Positions 17,663 through 26,321 of a DNA stretch of 55,804 bases are shown here, piece after piece (within the stretch, counting starts at the first letter, position 1; each line of letters opens with the position of its first letter). The stretch is taken from the NCBI GenBank assembly GCA_023261695.1, contig JAHFON010000004.1, positions 1-55,804 of the forward strand. The letters run 5' to 3'. This DNA is from Candidatus Moraniibacteriota bacterium. GTDB taxonomy: Bacteria > Patescibacteriota > Minisyncoccia > Moranbacterales > UBA1568. The position numbers were made by a program, and so were the translations under genes. The notes beneath the pieces were generated by a model that worked only from the letters and a program-made list of their open reading frames with translations, was not told the DNA's origin and did not search any database.

Positions 17663-18724
17663 TTACTCCATCACTCCCCCGCCCAAACAATACTCACCGT
17701 CATACAGAACCGCGAATTGACCGGGAGCGATGCCGCGATCTTTTTCTTGAAACTTCACCCGCAGGCGGTTATTTTCCAAATATTCAATTTCCGCCGGATA
17801 CATCTTCGCCCCGTGGCGCACCTTGACCGACAATGCCTTTTTTTCAGGCGGTGTACCGGAAATCCAATTACATCCGGAAACCCCAAGTTCATAGCGCGCC
17901 GGCATTTCGTCGCGACCGGCTCTGGAAATGAATATCTCATTGGTTTTTATATTTTTAGCCGCCACATACCATGGGCCGCCGGAGAGATGAATGCCCCGGC
18001 GCTGGCCGACCGTGAAATACCAGAATCCGTTATGTTCGCCCAAAACTTTTTGCGTTTCGTATTCAATCAGTTTCCCCGGCCGCTTGCCCAAGTGATGTTC
18101 CAAAAATTTATCAAAAGGAATTTTCCCCAAAAAACAGATTCCCTGACTATCCTTGCGTTTGGCGTTGGGCAGAGCGAATTGTTCCGCAAGTTTTCTCACT
18201 TCATTTTTTTTAAAATCCCCGATCGGAAAAAGTGCTCTTGCGATCTGGGCCTGCGAAAGCTGCGAAAGAAAGTATGTTTGATCTTTGATCGGATCCGGCG
18301 ACATCTTGAGAAAAGTTGTGCCGTCTTTTTCTTCAACCCGCGCGTAGTGCCCCGTCGCAATTTTGTCGTATTCATTACCCACACAATCATAGAACGCGCC
18401 GAATTTAATCCGTGCATTACACAACATATCGGGATTCGGCGTACGCCCAGCCCGCGCCTCGGAAATAGTGTGATCGATTATTCGCTCTTTATATTCCAGT
18501 TGAAACGGCACAACCTGAAGCGGCACTTGCGCCTGTTCACACACCACGCGAACATATTTCAAATCATCTTCCCACGGACACTCGCCCAAGGAAGACAACT
18601 CATCTTCCAGCCAAATTTTGAGATAAAAAGCGGTAAGTTCGTGCCCTTCCTCCCTCAAAAGACGCAAAGCCACAGAGCTATCCACCCCGCCTGATATCAA
18701 TACCGCGATATTCATATGTGCCAT
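17663..18724 (-). CDS. mnmA: tRNA 2-thiouridine(34) synthase MnmA
   Basis: It has the PP-loop IAVLISGGVDSSVAL, plus TPNPDMLCN, KIATGHYAR, KDQTYFL and DSQGICF motifs. Confidence 0.93.
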   Translation of the reverse strand: MAHMNIAVLISGGVDSSVALRLLREEGHELTAFYLKIWLEDELSSLGECPWEDDLKYVRVVCEQAQVPLQVVPFQLEYKERIIDHTISEARAGRTPNPDMLCNARIKFGAFYDCVGNEYDKIATGHYARVEEKDGTTFLKMSPDPIKDQTYFLSQLSQAQIARALFPIGDFKKNEVRKLAEQFALPNAKRKDSQGICFLGKIPFDKFLEHHLGKRPGKLIEYETQKVLGEHNGFWYFTVGQRRGIHLSGGPWYVAAKNIKTNEIFISRAGRDEMPARYELGVSGCNWISGTPPEKKALSVKVRHGAKMYPAEIEYLENNRLRVKFQEKDRGIAPGQFAVLYDGEYCLGGGVME

Positions 18725-18814
18725 CTCATAGTGTTCCTCAGCATAGGATATTTCGACGAAAAATGGAAGTTGTGGACTCTTTTTATTCTCATAATGATTT
18801 TCGGATCGGAAACG

Positions 18815-18863
18815 AAAAAAGCTCGCAATCTGTTACCACGTAATGTAATAGCGGATCGCGAGC
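18815..18863 (-). terminator. Intrinsic terminator closing the minus-strand defence-like operon
   Basis: The minus strand reads GCUCGCGAUC, a 23-nt loop, then GAUUGCGAGC (10 bp with one G-U pair), followed by UUUUUU. It lies about 115 nt downstream of the 97-aa ORF stop. Confidence 0.6.
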
Positions 18864-18977
18864 TCTTAAACTCGGAATTCCTTTCAGGATGCCCTTTGAG
18901 GCATTTAGTTATTCGGTTGTAATTGCATTATAGCATTGATTAAAAAATCTCCACAAGGACTGGGGTTGTGCATAAGT

Positions 18978-19271
18978 TTATTTAGGCTCTAAAAGCTTCT
19001 CGGCCGGAGATAGGCCATCAAGCAATTTGTGTGGAAAATAATTCCAAGCATCAGTAACCAGCTCGAACACATTACTTAATTCCGAAGCGTCTCCGCCACG
19101 ATCAAACATAGCCACGACTTTCATCATATCATCGTTGTCTTCCTCGTTATAAATGGCGTCCCGAACATGATCCAAAGTGAAATCACTCTCGGTCTCCTTG
19201 AGCATATCCAAAAGCTCCTGCTCAATTTCTTTCCTGCGTTCTAAAATTTGCTGTTGGGATTCGGATTGCAT
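18978..19271 (-). CDS. Small, highly acidic hypothetical protein (97 aa)
   Basis: Hand count gives 24 Asp/Glu against 10 Lys/Arg, including an EEDNDD run. The C-terminus reads WNYFPHKLLDGLSPAEKLLEPK. It is the last gene of the operon, 54 nt after the GHKL gene. I recognise no family. Confidence 0.65.
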   Translation of the reverse strand: MQSESQQQILERRKEIEQELLDMLKETESDFTLDHVRDAIYNEEDNDDMMKVVAMFDRGGDASELSNVFELVTDAWNYFPHKLLDGLSPAEKLLEPK

Positions 19272-19325
19272 AGATTATATTACTGCGCTCTCGCTTGGGC
19301 TGGCGAAATTTTTGGCGTTGCCATT

Positions 19326-20885
19326 TTAAGAACTAAAATCCAATCCGAACATGTCATGAAGCAGTTTTTCAACAATTGAGCGGTAATCTTCTATCTGTGG
19401 ATCAGTAATGTTCGGGGTTGCTCGCTGGTGTATCAGATCGCATCTCAATTTATAATAATGATTTATCTTCTGAATTGTCGCTTGATCAATGTTGATATGT
19501 TTTATTACCTCTCTTTCAACATCAATTCTATTTTCTGCGATATTTTTGAATGTTTGATTTCCGATATTCTTTTCATTTACCAAAAATTCTTTGTAAGCAA
19601 TTTCAATGGTACTATCTAAAATAATTAAACCGATTCGATTTTTTTGAGTTAAGGGAAGTTTTGAAAAAATATCCACGGCCATAATGCTTTCTAATAAGCC
19701 GGCTGTCCATGGTTTTTGAGCAACAATAGCGGCGTTTGCATTCGCAACTTTTTGATGCCACTTTTGTTTACTTGCCGGAGGGGTTGGAAGATAGCTTTTC
19801 GGAATGCTAGTTATTGTGTCTAATTTTTCAGCGACAACATGACCAGTTTTGTGCGGAAATACATTAATATCCCAGCTACCCTGCAAGCTACGAGAAACTT
19901 GGGCATATCTTTTTGTTACATCAATAATGCTTTGCCGGAGAGCCTGAAACACTGGGTGCTTTAAATTAATACCAGATTTACTACTGTCCCATGGCATATC
20001 TCGTGACTGCCCTTTAATATTTACGATGGTTCTTGCGAGAGAAATATTGTAATGAGGATTTCCAATCATACCAGATGAGAACCCCATTGAAAAATCGGTC
20101 AACGCACGGGCGACAAGTCGACTATTACAATACACGAAAACCCCATAGGAATTATCTGGATCCCCAGGATGATCAATTAAACCGGACAAAATCTCAACAT
20201 CCACCTTCCGATCTTCAATTGGAATTTGAGCCGTGAATTTTGTAGGATAAAGATTTGGAGGATATGACCATTGATCATCAAAATTAACTCCAGCTAACTT
20301 ATCGCCATTTACCTTAATTATGGCACCACGATCTAAAAATTTAGCGTATACTTCTGAAAGATGTTTTTTGAAGTTGGTTATTTCATCGGAGGTTAGCTGG
20401 ACTCTTAATTTATTCAGTTCGATCAAAGTAGTATATGGGCTTAACTCTGTTTGAGCTTCAGTATAAGGTAACTGCCAACTATGATCTTGGGCAATCCAGT
20501 GTTCATCAAATTTTACAGTAAAGGTTTTTGCTTTCTCAAATCTCGAATGAATCGCAATATTTTCAGCAAGAGCGATAACGGCTCGTTTACTACCGACGCC
20601 GAAATAACCAATGACATCATCACTGATTTCGTTGCTTGTTTTTCCCGGGCTAACGATGTGATCTAATTTTGATTCTTCAATTCCGCCTGCATTATCCTCT
20701 ATAGAAAGAGTTTGTTGTCTATCGTCAGCAACTATTTTTATTTCTAAGTCTGATCTTTTTCGTTTCGACCAAAGATCAATTGCATTATCAATTAACTCAC
20801 ATAAAGATCGTTTCAAGTCATACTCTGAAATGATTGACAAAAATATTCTTTTTTCTGGTGTTGCGTCTAGTATTTTCGAAGTCAT
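19326..20885 (-). CDS. GHKL-superfamily (MORC/MutL/HATPase_c_3-like) ATPase with C-terminal HEPN-like (Rx4H) domain
   Basis: Bergerat-fold motifs are present: E30-LIDN34-AID (N box), D64-NAGGI (G1) and G93-YFGVGSK (G2). The C-terminal roughly 100 aa is helical and carries YYKLRCDLIHQR (R481-x4-H486, codons 19445-19428), the HEPN RNase signature. The gene is AT-rich; the 60-nt line at 19441 has 16/60 G+C. Confidence 0.7.
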   Translation of the reverse strand: MTSKILDATPEKRIFLSIISEYDLKRSLCELIDNAIDLWSKRKRSDLEIKIVADDRQQTLSIEDNAGGIEESKLDHIVSPGKTSNEISDDVIGYFGVGSKRAVIALAENIAIHSRFEKAKTFTVKFDEHWIAQDHSWQLPYTEAQTELSPYTTLIELNKLRVQLTSDEITNFKKHLSEVYAKFLDRGAIIKVNGDKLAGVNFDDQWSYPPNLYPTKFTAQIPIEDRKVDVEILSGLIDHPGDPDNSYGVFVYCNSRLVARALTDFSMGFSSGMIGNPHYNISLARTIVNIKGQSRDMPWDSSKSGINLKHPVFQALRQSIIDVTKRYAQVSRSLQGSWDINVFPHKTGHVVAEKLDTITSIPKSYLPTPPASKQKWHQKVANANAAIVAQKPWTAGLLESIMAVDIFSKLPLTQKNRIGLIILDSTIEIAYKEFLVNEKNIGNQTFKNIAENRIDVEREVIKHINIDQATIQKINHYYKLRCDLIHQRATPNITDPQIEDYRSIVEKLLHDMFGLDFSS

Positions 20886-20900
20886 AAATTTGTATTGCGT

Positions 20901-21917
20901 TTACTCTTTTATTCGATATTCGCCCGATTCTAATTTAGACACAATTTCTCTAGTGTATACATTAAAGGTTGTAAACGCAGCACCTTTTAATGGCTCATCT
21001 TTTATTTTAAGAAACTTTTTCTTAATGTTTTTATCTACCCCTTTCACGTCATCAATGGTCTTTATGAATACATTTGGCTCATTGCGTAATAAGAACCACT
21101 CTTTATCAGTATCTTTGCTTTTATCCAACATCTCTAAATCCTGTCGTGTCATTTTAGGAAATAGATAGTAGAATTTTTTATCGTAGAAATAATACTTGGT
21201 GAGGAACATTTCGCCAACTGCAATATGGCCTGCTCGTTGAGACCCATCGGTAAAATTTCTTCTGCTTCTCCCAGCATATTTTATAACATAATTATCCTTT
21301 ATTATTGTTGATCTCTTTTTTGCAAACTCTTTCCAGTCTCCGTTGTAAAATTGCTGAAACTTTGCATTAAAAAACTCATGCATCTTTTCGAGGTATTCAT
21401 CCACATAAGCAGAAAATGCCTTCGGGTCGTGATATCGCTTGAGCAAATCCTTCACGACCGCCAGATCGTCGGTGATTAGATATTTACCTCTCTCTACCTT
21501 TGAAGCAAAGTAGGCCATGCCGAATAAATCTGGCTGGATTCTTTGTCTGCCTTTTTTGAGATAGTAAACGCCGACCACGCCGTTTTTCACGGCGCCAAGA
21601 GCGTGATGAAATCTCTGATATAAAGCATTTCCGCCGGAATTCCTGTTGAGTGCATCGGTGCCTTCGAGAGCAAGCACTGGTTTCTTATCGATTTCTTTGC
21701 CGTTCAATCCGTCAACCCACTTCTCGTCGACGTACCACGCCGCATCACACGAACCGTAGGAGACACCATTAAACCCGAATGTGAGGCCGCCTTCGGAGAA
21801 CGGCTTTTGGTCCTCGTTACTGCTCTGAGGGAAAATGCGAAGCTTTACGCCACTCGTCTCGTGTCCGAGGTAGTCGATGATTTCTCTTTTTATTATTTCG
21901 TCACTTGAGTAGGCCAT
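20901..21917 (-). CDS. Hypothetical protein (338 aa), possible second nuclease/specificity subunit of the RM core
   Basis: A clean ATG lies 1 nt after the upstream stop (TAA-T-ATG). No motif is confidently recognised; the candidate acidic cluster is CDAAWYVDE...PVLALEGTDAL. The C-terminal half is Lys-rich. G+C drops sharply inside the ORF near 21,400. Confidence 0.6.
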   Translation of the reverse strand: MAYSSDEIIKREIIDYLGHETSGVKLRIFPQSSNEDQKPFSEGGLTFGFNGVSYGSCDAAWYVDEKWVDGLNGKEIDKKPVLALEGTDALNRNSGGNALYQRFHHALGAVKNGVVGVYYLKKGRQRIQPDLFGMAYFASKVERGKYLITDDLAVVKDLLKRYHDPKAFSAYVDEYLEKMHEFFNAKFQQFYNGDWKEFAKKRSTIIKDNYVIKYAGRSRRNFTDGSQRAGHIAVGEMFLTKYYFYDKKFYYLFPKMTRQDLEMLDKSKDTDKEWFLLRNEPNVFIKTIDDVKGVDKNIKKKFLKIKDEPLKGAAFTTFNVYTREIVSKLESGEYRIKE

Positions 21918-21918
21918 A

Positions 21919-23001
21919 TTATAGGGATTTAATTTTTTCTAATATTGCCTCGGTTTCAAGCCCAAGGACGAAACTGACGAGGTCCGACTCTTTGTTTATT
22001 TCCTCGTCCTTAACTTCAAGATAGAACCGTTTGAGCTCATCGTTCGTAAGATTTGCAATCAGATAGAACTTTATGTAATTTCCGATCCAGACAGTGTATT
22101 TCTCACGGGACAAGGAATTCTTTGGTTCGTATTTTGCTTCAGGAAGTGTGATCTTTATCTTGTAATCGGAATCAAGCGTGATCAGACCGAAATAATCCTT
22201 TGACGGTTTTGCTTTGGTCGGGCAGATTTCAAAGCCCCGATCAAAGAGTCCGGTATTGAGATATTTCTCCAATTGCTTGGTCATGACGACTGTCCCGGTC
22301 TTTGCTTCACCTACGATGAAATCGTGCGTTACGTGTCCTGCATCAGACTTGACTTGATTTTTGAAATTCCGGATGAGCGCCAGCTCAATCATATGGAAAC
22401 CCTCGCTCGGCAGATATCCGTAGTTGCTTATTTTGGTGATAATTTCGCCGAGTCCATAACCAGCAAAATCCGGCGATCCAATGGCGTGGGCAAGCGGAAT
22501 CTGGTTCTCGACAATGAAGCCGAGATGTCTGAAATATTCACCGGCAAGGTACTCCATGAACGGTTCCATGCCGTTGCCTTGCTTGCTGGTCTCGATTCTT
22601 TGGATAATGTAGTTTTCACGGTTCTTGAGCGAGACGAATTTTGCCCGAAGCATCTCATTCAGTTTTTCTTCGGATTTAAACTCGACAGGAACGATCAATT
22701 TGTCGCCCTCAAAAAGATATTCCTTTGCACGGGAGAGAATAAAAGGTGTGTTCTTTAAAACGCCATTGTCAAAAATACCCGAAACGAATTTGTAGTTGAA
22801 GGCGTTGTAGAAAAGCTTCATTAAACCCTTGGGAGTGAACGGATAAATTGGGTTCTCAAGATATCCGGCACCGGTGATGCTACTGTAGATAAAAGCATCT
22901 TTGGCTGGCATCTTCACGGCCTTGCCCAGTTCAGTCTCGACAATCTCAAAACTAAAATTGGCTTTAAATATTTTGAAAAAATCTTCTTTGTGTATTTCCA
23001 T
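21919..23001 (-). CDS. PD-(D/E)xK-type nuclease, candidate restriction endonuclease
   Basis: The layout is core helix, PD, then ExK: EPFMEYLAGEYFRHLGFIVENQ ... IGSPDFAGYG ... HDFIVGEAKTG. The ORF-track start at 23094 is a TTG lying inside the upstream gene. I use ATG 23001 (MEIHKEDFF), 4 nt after the upstream TAA. Confidence 0.65.
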   Translation of the reverse strand: MEIHKEDFFKIFKANFSFEIVETELGKAVKMPAKDAFIYSSITGAGYLENPIYPFTPKGLMKLFYNAFNYKFVSGIFDNGVLKNTPFILSRAKEYLFEGDKLIVPVEFKSEEKLNEMLRAKFVSLKNRENYIIQRIETSKQGNGMEPFMEYLAGEYFRHLGFIVENQIPLAHAIGSPDFAGYGLGEIITKISNYGYLPSEGFHMIELALIRNFKNQVKSDAGHVTHDFIVGEAKTGTVVMTKQLEKYLNTGLFDRGFEICPTKAKPSKDYFGLITLDSDYKIKITLPEAKYEPKNSLSREKYTVWIGNYIKFYLIANLTNDELKRFYLEVKDEEINKESDLVSFVLGLETEAILEKIKSL

Positions 23002-23005
23002 ATGT

Positions 23006-24619
23006 TTAAATGCGTTCAAATTTAAATAATGCTTGTTGAGCAAACTTGTTGCTTTTCTGGGCGGTATCGTGTAAAAGTTTGGTGATGCGCTCAATATTTA
23101 GCTTTTCATGGTTTGCTACCTGAGCTCCGTCAAAAATTTTACTGATCACCATACCAACAAAAAGATCGTACCCCTTATTGAGATTAAAAAGCTTCCCGTT
23201 GTGCTCGCCCAAGTATTCAGTAATTTCGTTGGCAACCTCTTCAGGTGAGACAGTCTTTTTATTTGATATTTTTGTTTCCTTTTTTCGGTTCTTAAACGTG
23301 ACGTAGAAATCGGACTTGGGAGAGAACTTCGCCCAATTTTTGTTATAAGGACTGCCGAACGTGTCGTAAGACGAGATGTCAACAAGTTCCATGCCGCTGT
23401 CTCTGATTAGCTCTGCTAAGCTAACCCAAATCCTCAAGTCTTTATTCTGGAATGCGAGCGTGAAATAAGCATCTTTCTTAAGAACCCTCGAAACCTCGCT
23501 GATAAAAGATGCCAGCTGGTTGTTATATTCGTTCAAACCTTTGTTCTGAACTGGATTGATGATGACTTCTTTCTCGATATCAAATTCTTTTTCAAGCCAG
23601 CAATTCCAGATGTACGATAGCTCTGAATATTGGATCGTATCGCCGTAAGGCGGATCGGTGATGAGATAGTCCACACTTCCCGGATCAATCTCGATCATTT
23701 TGAGCGACGATTTGTTATAAACTTTCGCTTCTTGATCCTTGATTTTGTTTCGGTCGGCTCTTTCAGCAACAACCTCTTTGGCCGTCTTTACGTTGTTGAA
23801 TCGATCCATAAATCTCCACCAGACGTTCTCCTCGATAAAGTCATCAGGAATCCAAAAATTATTTACACCAAGAGGACGGACGTTTTCAGCCTTGAGCTTG
23901 CTGACGTGAAGCAGTGTGTTGGTAAAAGCCAACATGAACAGATTGCGATGCTTGAGTGGCAAATCGTGAATAGCGTTGTAGAGCATGGCCAGAGACAGAA
24001 TGTTGCGTTTCGTGAACATATCCGACACCTTCTTCACGCCCTTATAAGAAAAACGGTCTTTGTAGAATTTATTCGGAAAATTCTTGTCCGGATACTTTAA
24101 ATCTTTGGGGAAGCGTACCGACGGCTCGAGGTCATTCTTTGAAAGAGTGACTTTCCGTTTGTTTCGGAAATTCTCGTCTGCGATGACTGCGTTATAGTCT
24201 TTACTATTTTTCTTGCCCAAAATCGTATAGAGGATGTACTTATCCTTCGTCTTGTAGATCTTCATTATTTTTTCGCTGACAGCTTTTTCGATTTTTCCGA
24301 ACTCCTCGTCAAATGATTCCGGATTATGTTTTATATCCAAAGAATTTTTAGCCAGAAAAGCGGCGAACGGATTGAGGTCGTAGCCGACGAATTTACGGCC
24401 AGCGAGCACAGACTGCAAACCGATGATTCCACTACCGCAAAACGGGTCCAAGACAAGATGACCTTTCTTGGAATATTTATCGACGTATCGATCAATCACG
24501 AACCATGGCTTGCGTGACCAGTACTTGTGGAGTTTTGCAAGCTTAGAATATCTGCGATCGTGATCAATGCTGTTCACGTCAACGAGATTATTTACGATTT
24601 TTGGCAATGTTAACGACAT
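23006..24619 (-). CDS. DNA methyltransferase, DPPY type (N6-adenine/N4-cytosine family), with a large insert between motifs I and IV
   Basis: HKYWSRKPW...LVLDPFCGSGIIG (AdoMet motif I) lies at about residue 60. DYLITDPPYGD (catalytic motif IV) lies at about residue 325. The roughly 260 aa between them is the presumed target-recognition domain. Confidence 0.85.
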   Translation of the reverse strand: MSLTLPKIVNNLVDVNSIDHDRRYSKLAKLHKYWSRKPWFVIDRYVDKYSKKGHLVLDPFCGSGIIGLQSVLAGRKFVGYDLNPFAAFLAKNSLDIKHNPESFDEEFGKIEKAVSEKIMKIYKTKDKYILYTILGKKNSKDYNAVIADENFRNKRKVTLSKNDLEPSVRFPKDLKYPDKNFPNKFYKDRFSYKGVKKVSDMFTKRNILSLAMLYNAIHDLPLKHRNLFMLAFTNTLLHVSKLKAENVRPLGVNNFWIPDDFIEENVWWRFMDRFNNVKTAKEVVAERADRNKIKDQEAKVYNKSSLKMIEIDPGSVDYLITDPPYGDTIQYSELSYIWNCWLEKEFDIEKEVIINPVQNKGLNEYNNQLASFISEVSRVLKKDAYFTLAFQNKDLRIWVSLAELIRDSGMELVDISSYDTFGSPYNKNWAKFSPKSDFYVTFKNRKKETKISNKKTVSPEEVANEITEYLGEHNGKLFNLNKGYDLFVGMVISKIFDGAQVANHEKLNIERITKLLHDTAQKSNKFAQQALFKFERI

Positions 24620-24620
24620 G

Positions 24621-25643
24621 TTATTTCTTTTGGAAAATTAAGCAGTAGTGATGAAGGATGTTGCTTGCCCATGCGGCCGGATAACCATATGGCGCAAGAC
24701 CAACCTTATCCTGTATCCAAATTTTCTCATCTTTAAGCACGTACTTTTTCGAAAGAATTCGTGCTAAGTCCCAGGCCAATGGATACATCGTGCCTTCTTT
24801 TTTTACGTTCTTCACAATGACCACCAAGTAACTGCCGTTCTTGAGTAGGTCGTAGATGTCAAAATAAATCTTGGCGACTCTTTCAAGGAATACTTCGTAA
24901 TTATCGACATTGCCCAAGTCCTCTTCGTGCTCTGAGTAATTAACATCAAAGCCGTTCTTGGTGCGCTTAGTGCGGAAATCCTTCGTGCTTCGGTTTAGAA
25001 CATTCCAATACGGAGGCGACGAGATAGAGAAGGCCATCTTCGGCAAATCGAGTTTTTTGATGTTCTCGGCATTCTCGTTGAAAATACTCTTTTTGAATTC
25101 GGGAGTTCTCTTCAGTGACAGATCGTAGTATTTTTTGTTTAGTTCGATTCCATACCCGATGCGGCCAGTACGCTTGCAAGCAACAAGGGTACTTCCAATG
25201 CCACAGAATGGGTCCAAAACATTCTCTCCTTTTTTTGTGAAAAATTTCACAAAGTCCTCAATCATTGTTGGGGAGTATGTCGCCGGATGATCCTGCGTGT
25301 TCGATGAAATTTCTCTCTCTTCCTTTAAATCTTTCTGTAGAGCATTGAAAATAAACCAACTACAGCTGAATTTTATCCACTCTTTGCCCGTCAGTTCATT
25401 CAACGGATTGGAAAGGTCATAAGCACCATCTTCGGGGTTGATCAGGATCGCATTTGCATTATCAAGCTCGCCGCCGGGGTTATATAAAGCGACTTCATCC
25501 CATCTTTCCAAAAAATGATCTGGAATCAGATTCTTTTTGGTTTTTAGAAATTCAGCGAGCTTCTTTTTTGCTTGCTTGTTTTTTTTCTCGTCCGGAACTG
25601 GGACGACCTGCTTTTTATCTTTGAGGTAAAAATAATTTTTCAT
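24621..25643 (-). CDS. DNA methyltransferase, SPPY type (N4-cytosine/N6-adenine family), motif I before motif IV
   Basis: DHPATYSP...VLDPFCGIGST (motif I) is followed by FSISSPPYWN (motif IV), with a C-terminal IWIQDK...HHYCLIFQK block. The stop and next start are spaced TAA-C-ATG. Confidence 0.85.
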   Translation of the reverse strand: MKNYFYLKDKKQVVPVPDEKKNKQAKKKLAEFLKTKKNLIPDHFLERWDEVALYNPGGELDNANAILINPEDGAYDLSNPLNELTGKEWIKFSCSWFIFNALQKDLKEEREISSNTQDHPATYSPTMIEDFVKFFTKKGENVLDPFCGIGSTLVACKRTGRIGYGIELNKKYYDLSLKRTPEFKKSIFNENAENIKKLDLPKMAFSISSPPYWNVLNRSTKDFRTKRTKNGFDVNYSEHEEDLGNVDNYEVFLERVAKIYFDIYDLLKNGSYLVVIVKNVKKEGTMYPLAWDLARILSKKYVLKDEKIWIQDKVGLAPYGYPAAWASNILHHYCLIFQKK

Positions 25644-25654
25644 ATACTAACAAG

Positions 25655-26317
25655 TTATATTAGATTTCCATCCTTGAAGCTAAAATAGCTGTTTCTCGTA
25701 ACAATAATATGATCAATCACTTCTATACCCAAAATTAAACCCGCTTCTGTTAGCTGTTTGGTTGTAGCCAAGTCTTCCTCTGACGGTTCTGGGTCTTCAG
25801 AGGGATGATTGTGGGCAATAATAACCTGCGCAGCCAGATGCCGAACAGCTGGCTCGAATACTTCTCGCGGATGGACAAGATTGGTGTTAAGTGATCCGAC
25901 CGAAACGACCTCCCGTTTAATCTCTTGATTTCTGGAATCCAAAAAGAAAATAACGAAATGTTCTTTTTTATTGTCACGAATATCTTTGAGTTCGTTCCAA
26001 ACATCCTGGGGGGATAAAAGCAGAATTGATTTCTTGTTTTGTAAATGCCGACGACCAAGTTCAAAGCAGGCGACAATCTCGGAGGCCTTTGCGCTACCAA
26101 GACCAAATGTATTTTTCAATTCTTTGACTGAAGCCTTAGCCAAACCTGCACCGCTGAATTTCCTTAAAATCTTACCGGATAACTCAACAACATTGATGCC
26201 CTCGCTTCCTGTTCGTAAAAGAATCGCCAAAAGTTCCGAATCCGAAAGCCGCTCGGGACCGTACTTTTCGAGTTTCTCTCTTGGCCTATCAACTTTTGGC
26301 AAATCTTTTATTTTCAT
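25655..26317 (-). CDS. radC: RadC-family JAB/MPN domain protein
   Basis: The N-terminus reads RPREKLEKYGPERLSDSELLAILLRTGSEG (HhH region). The JAMM motif AHNHPSEDPEPSEEDLATTKQL is present. The 220-aa length is canonical. Confidence 0.85.
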   Translation of the reverse strand: MKIKDLPKVDRPREKLEKYGPERLSDSELLAILLRTGSEGINVVELSGKILRKFSGAGLAKASVKELKNTFGLGSAKASEIVACFELGRRHLQNKKSILLLSPQDVWNELKDIRDNKKEHFVIFFLDSRNQEIKREVVSVGSLNTNLVHPREVFEPAVRHLAAQVIIAHNHPSEDPEPSEEDLATTKQLTEAGLILGIEVIDHIIVTRNSYFSFKDGNLI

Positions 26318-26321
26318 AAAT

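Noticed and set aside
17717-18694. Long antisense ORFs in the track. Examples are 171-959 (+), 5606-6238 (+), 17717-18694 (+, 325 aa), 27856-28752 (+, 298 aa), 35631-36257 (-) and 54063-54815 (+).
   Set aside because: Each lies entirely opposite a gene with strong family motifs (recO, histidine phosphatase, mnmA, dus, sufD, virB4). Their products are low-complexity, Arg/Ser/Pro/Phe-rich and motif-free. They are shadow ORFs.
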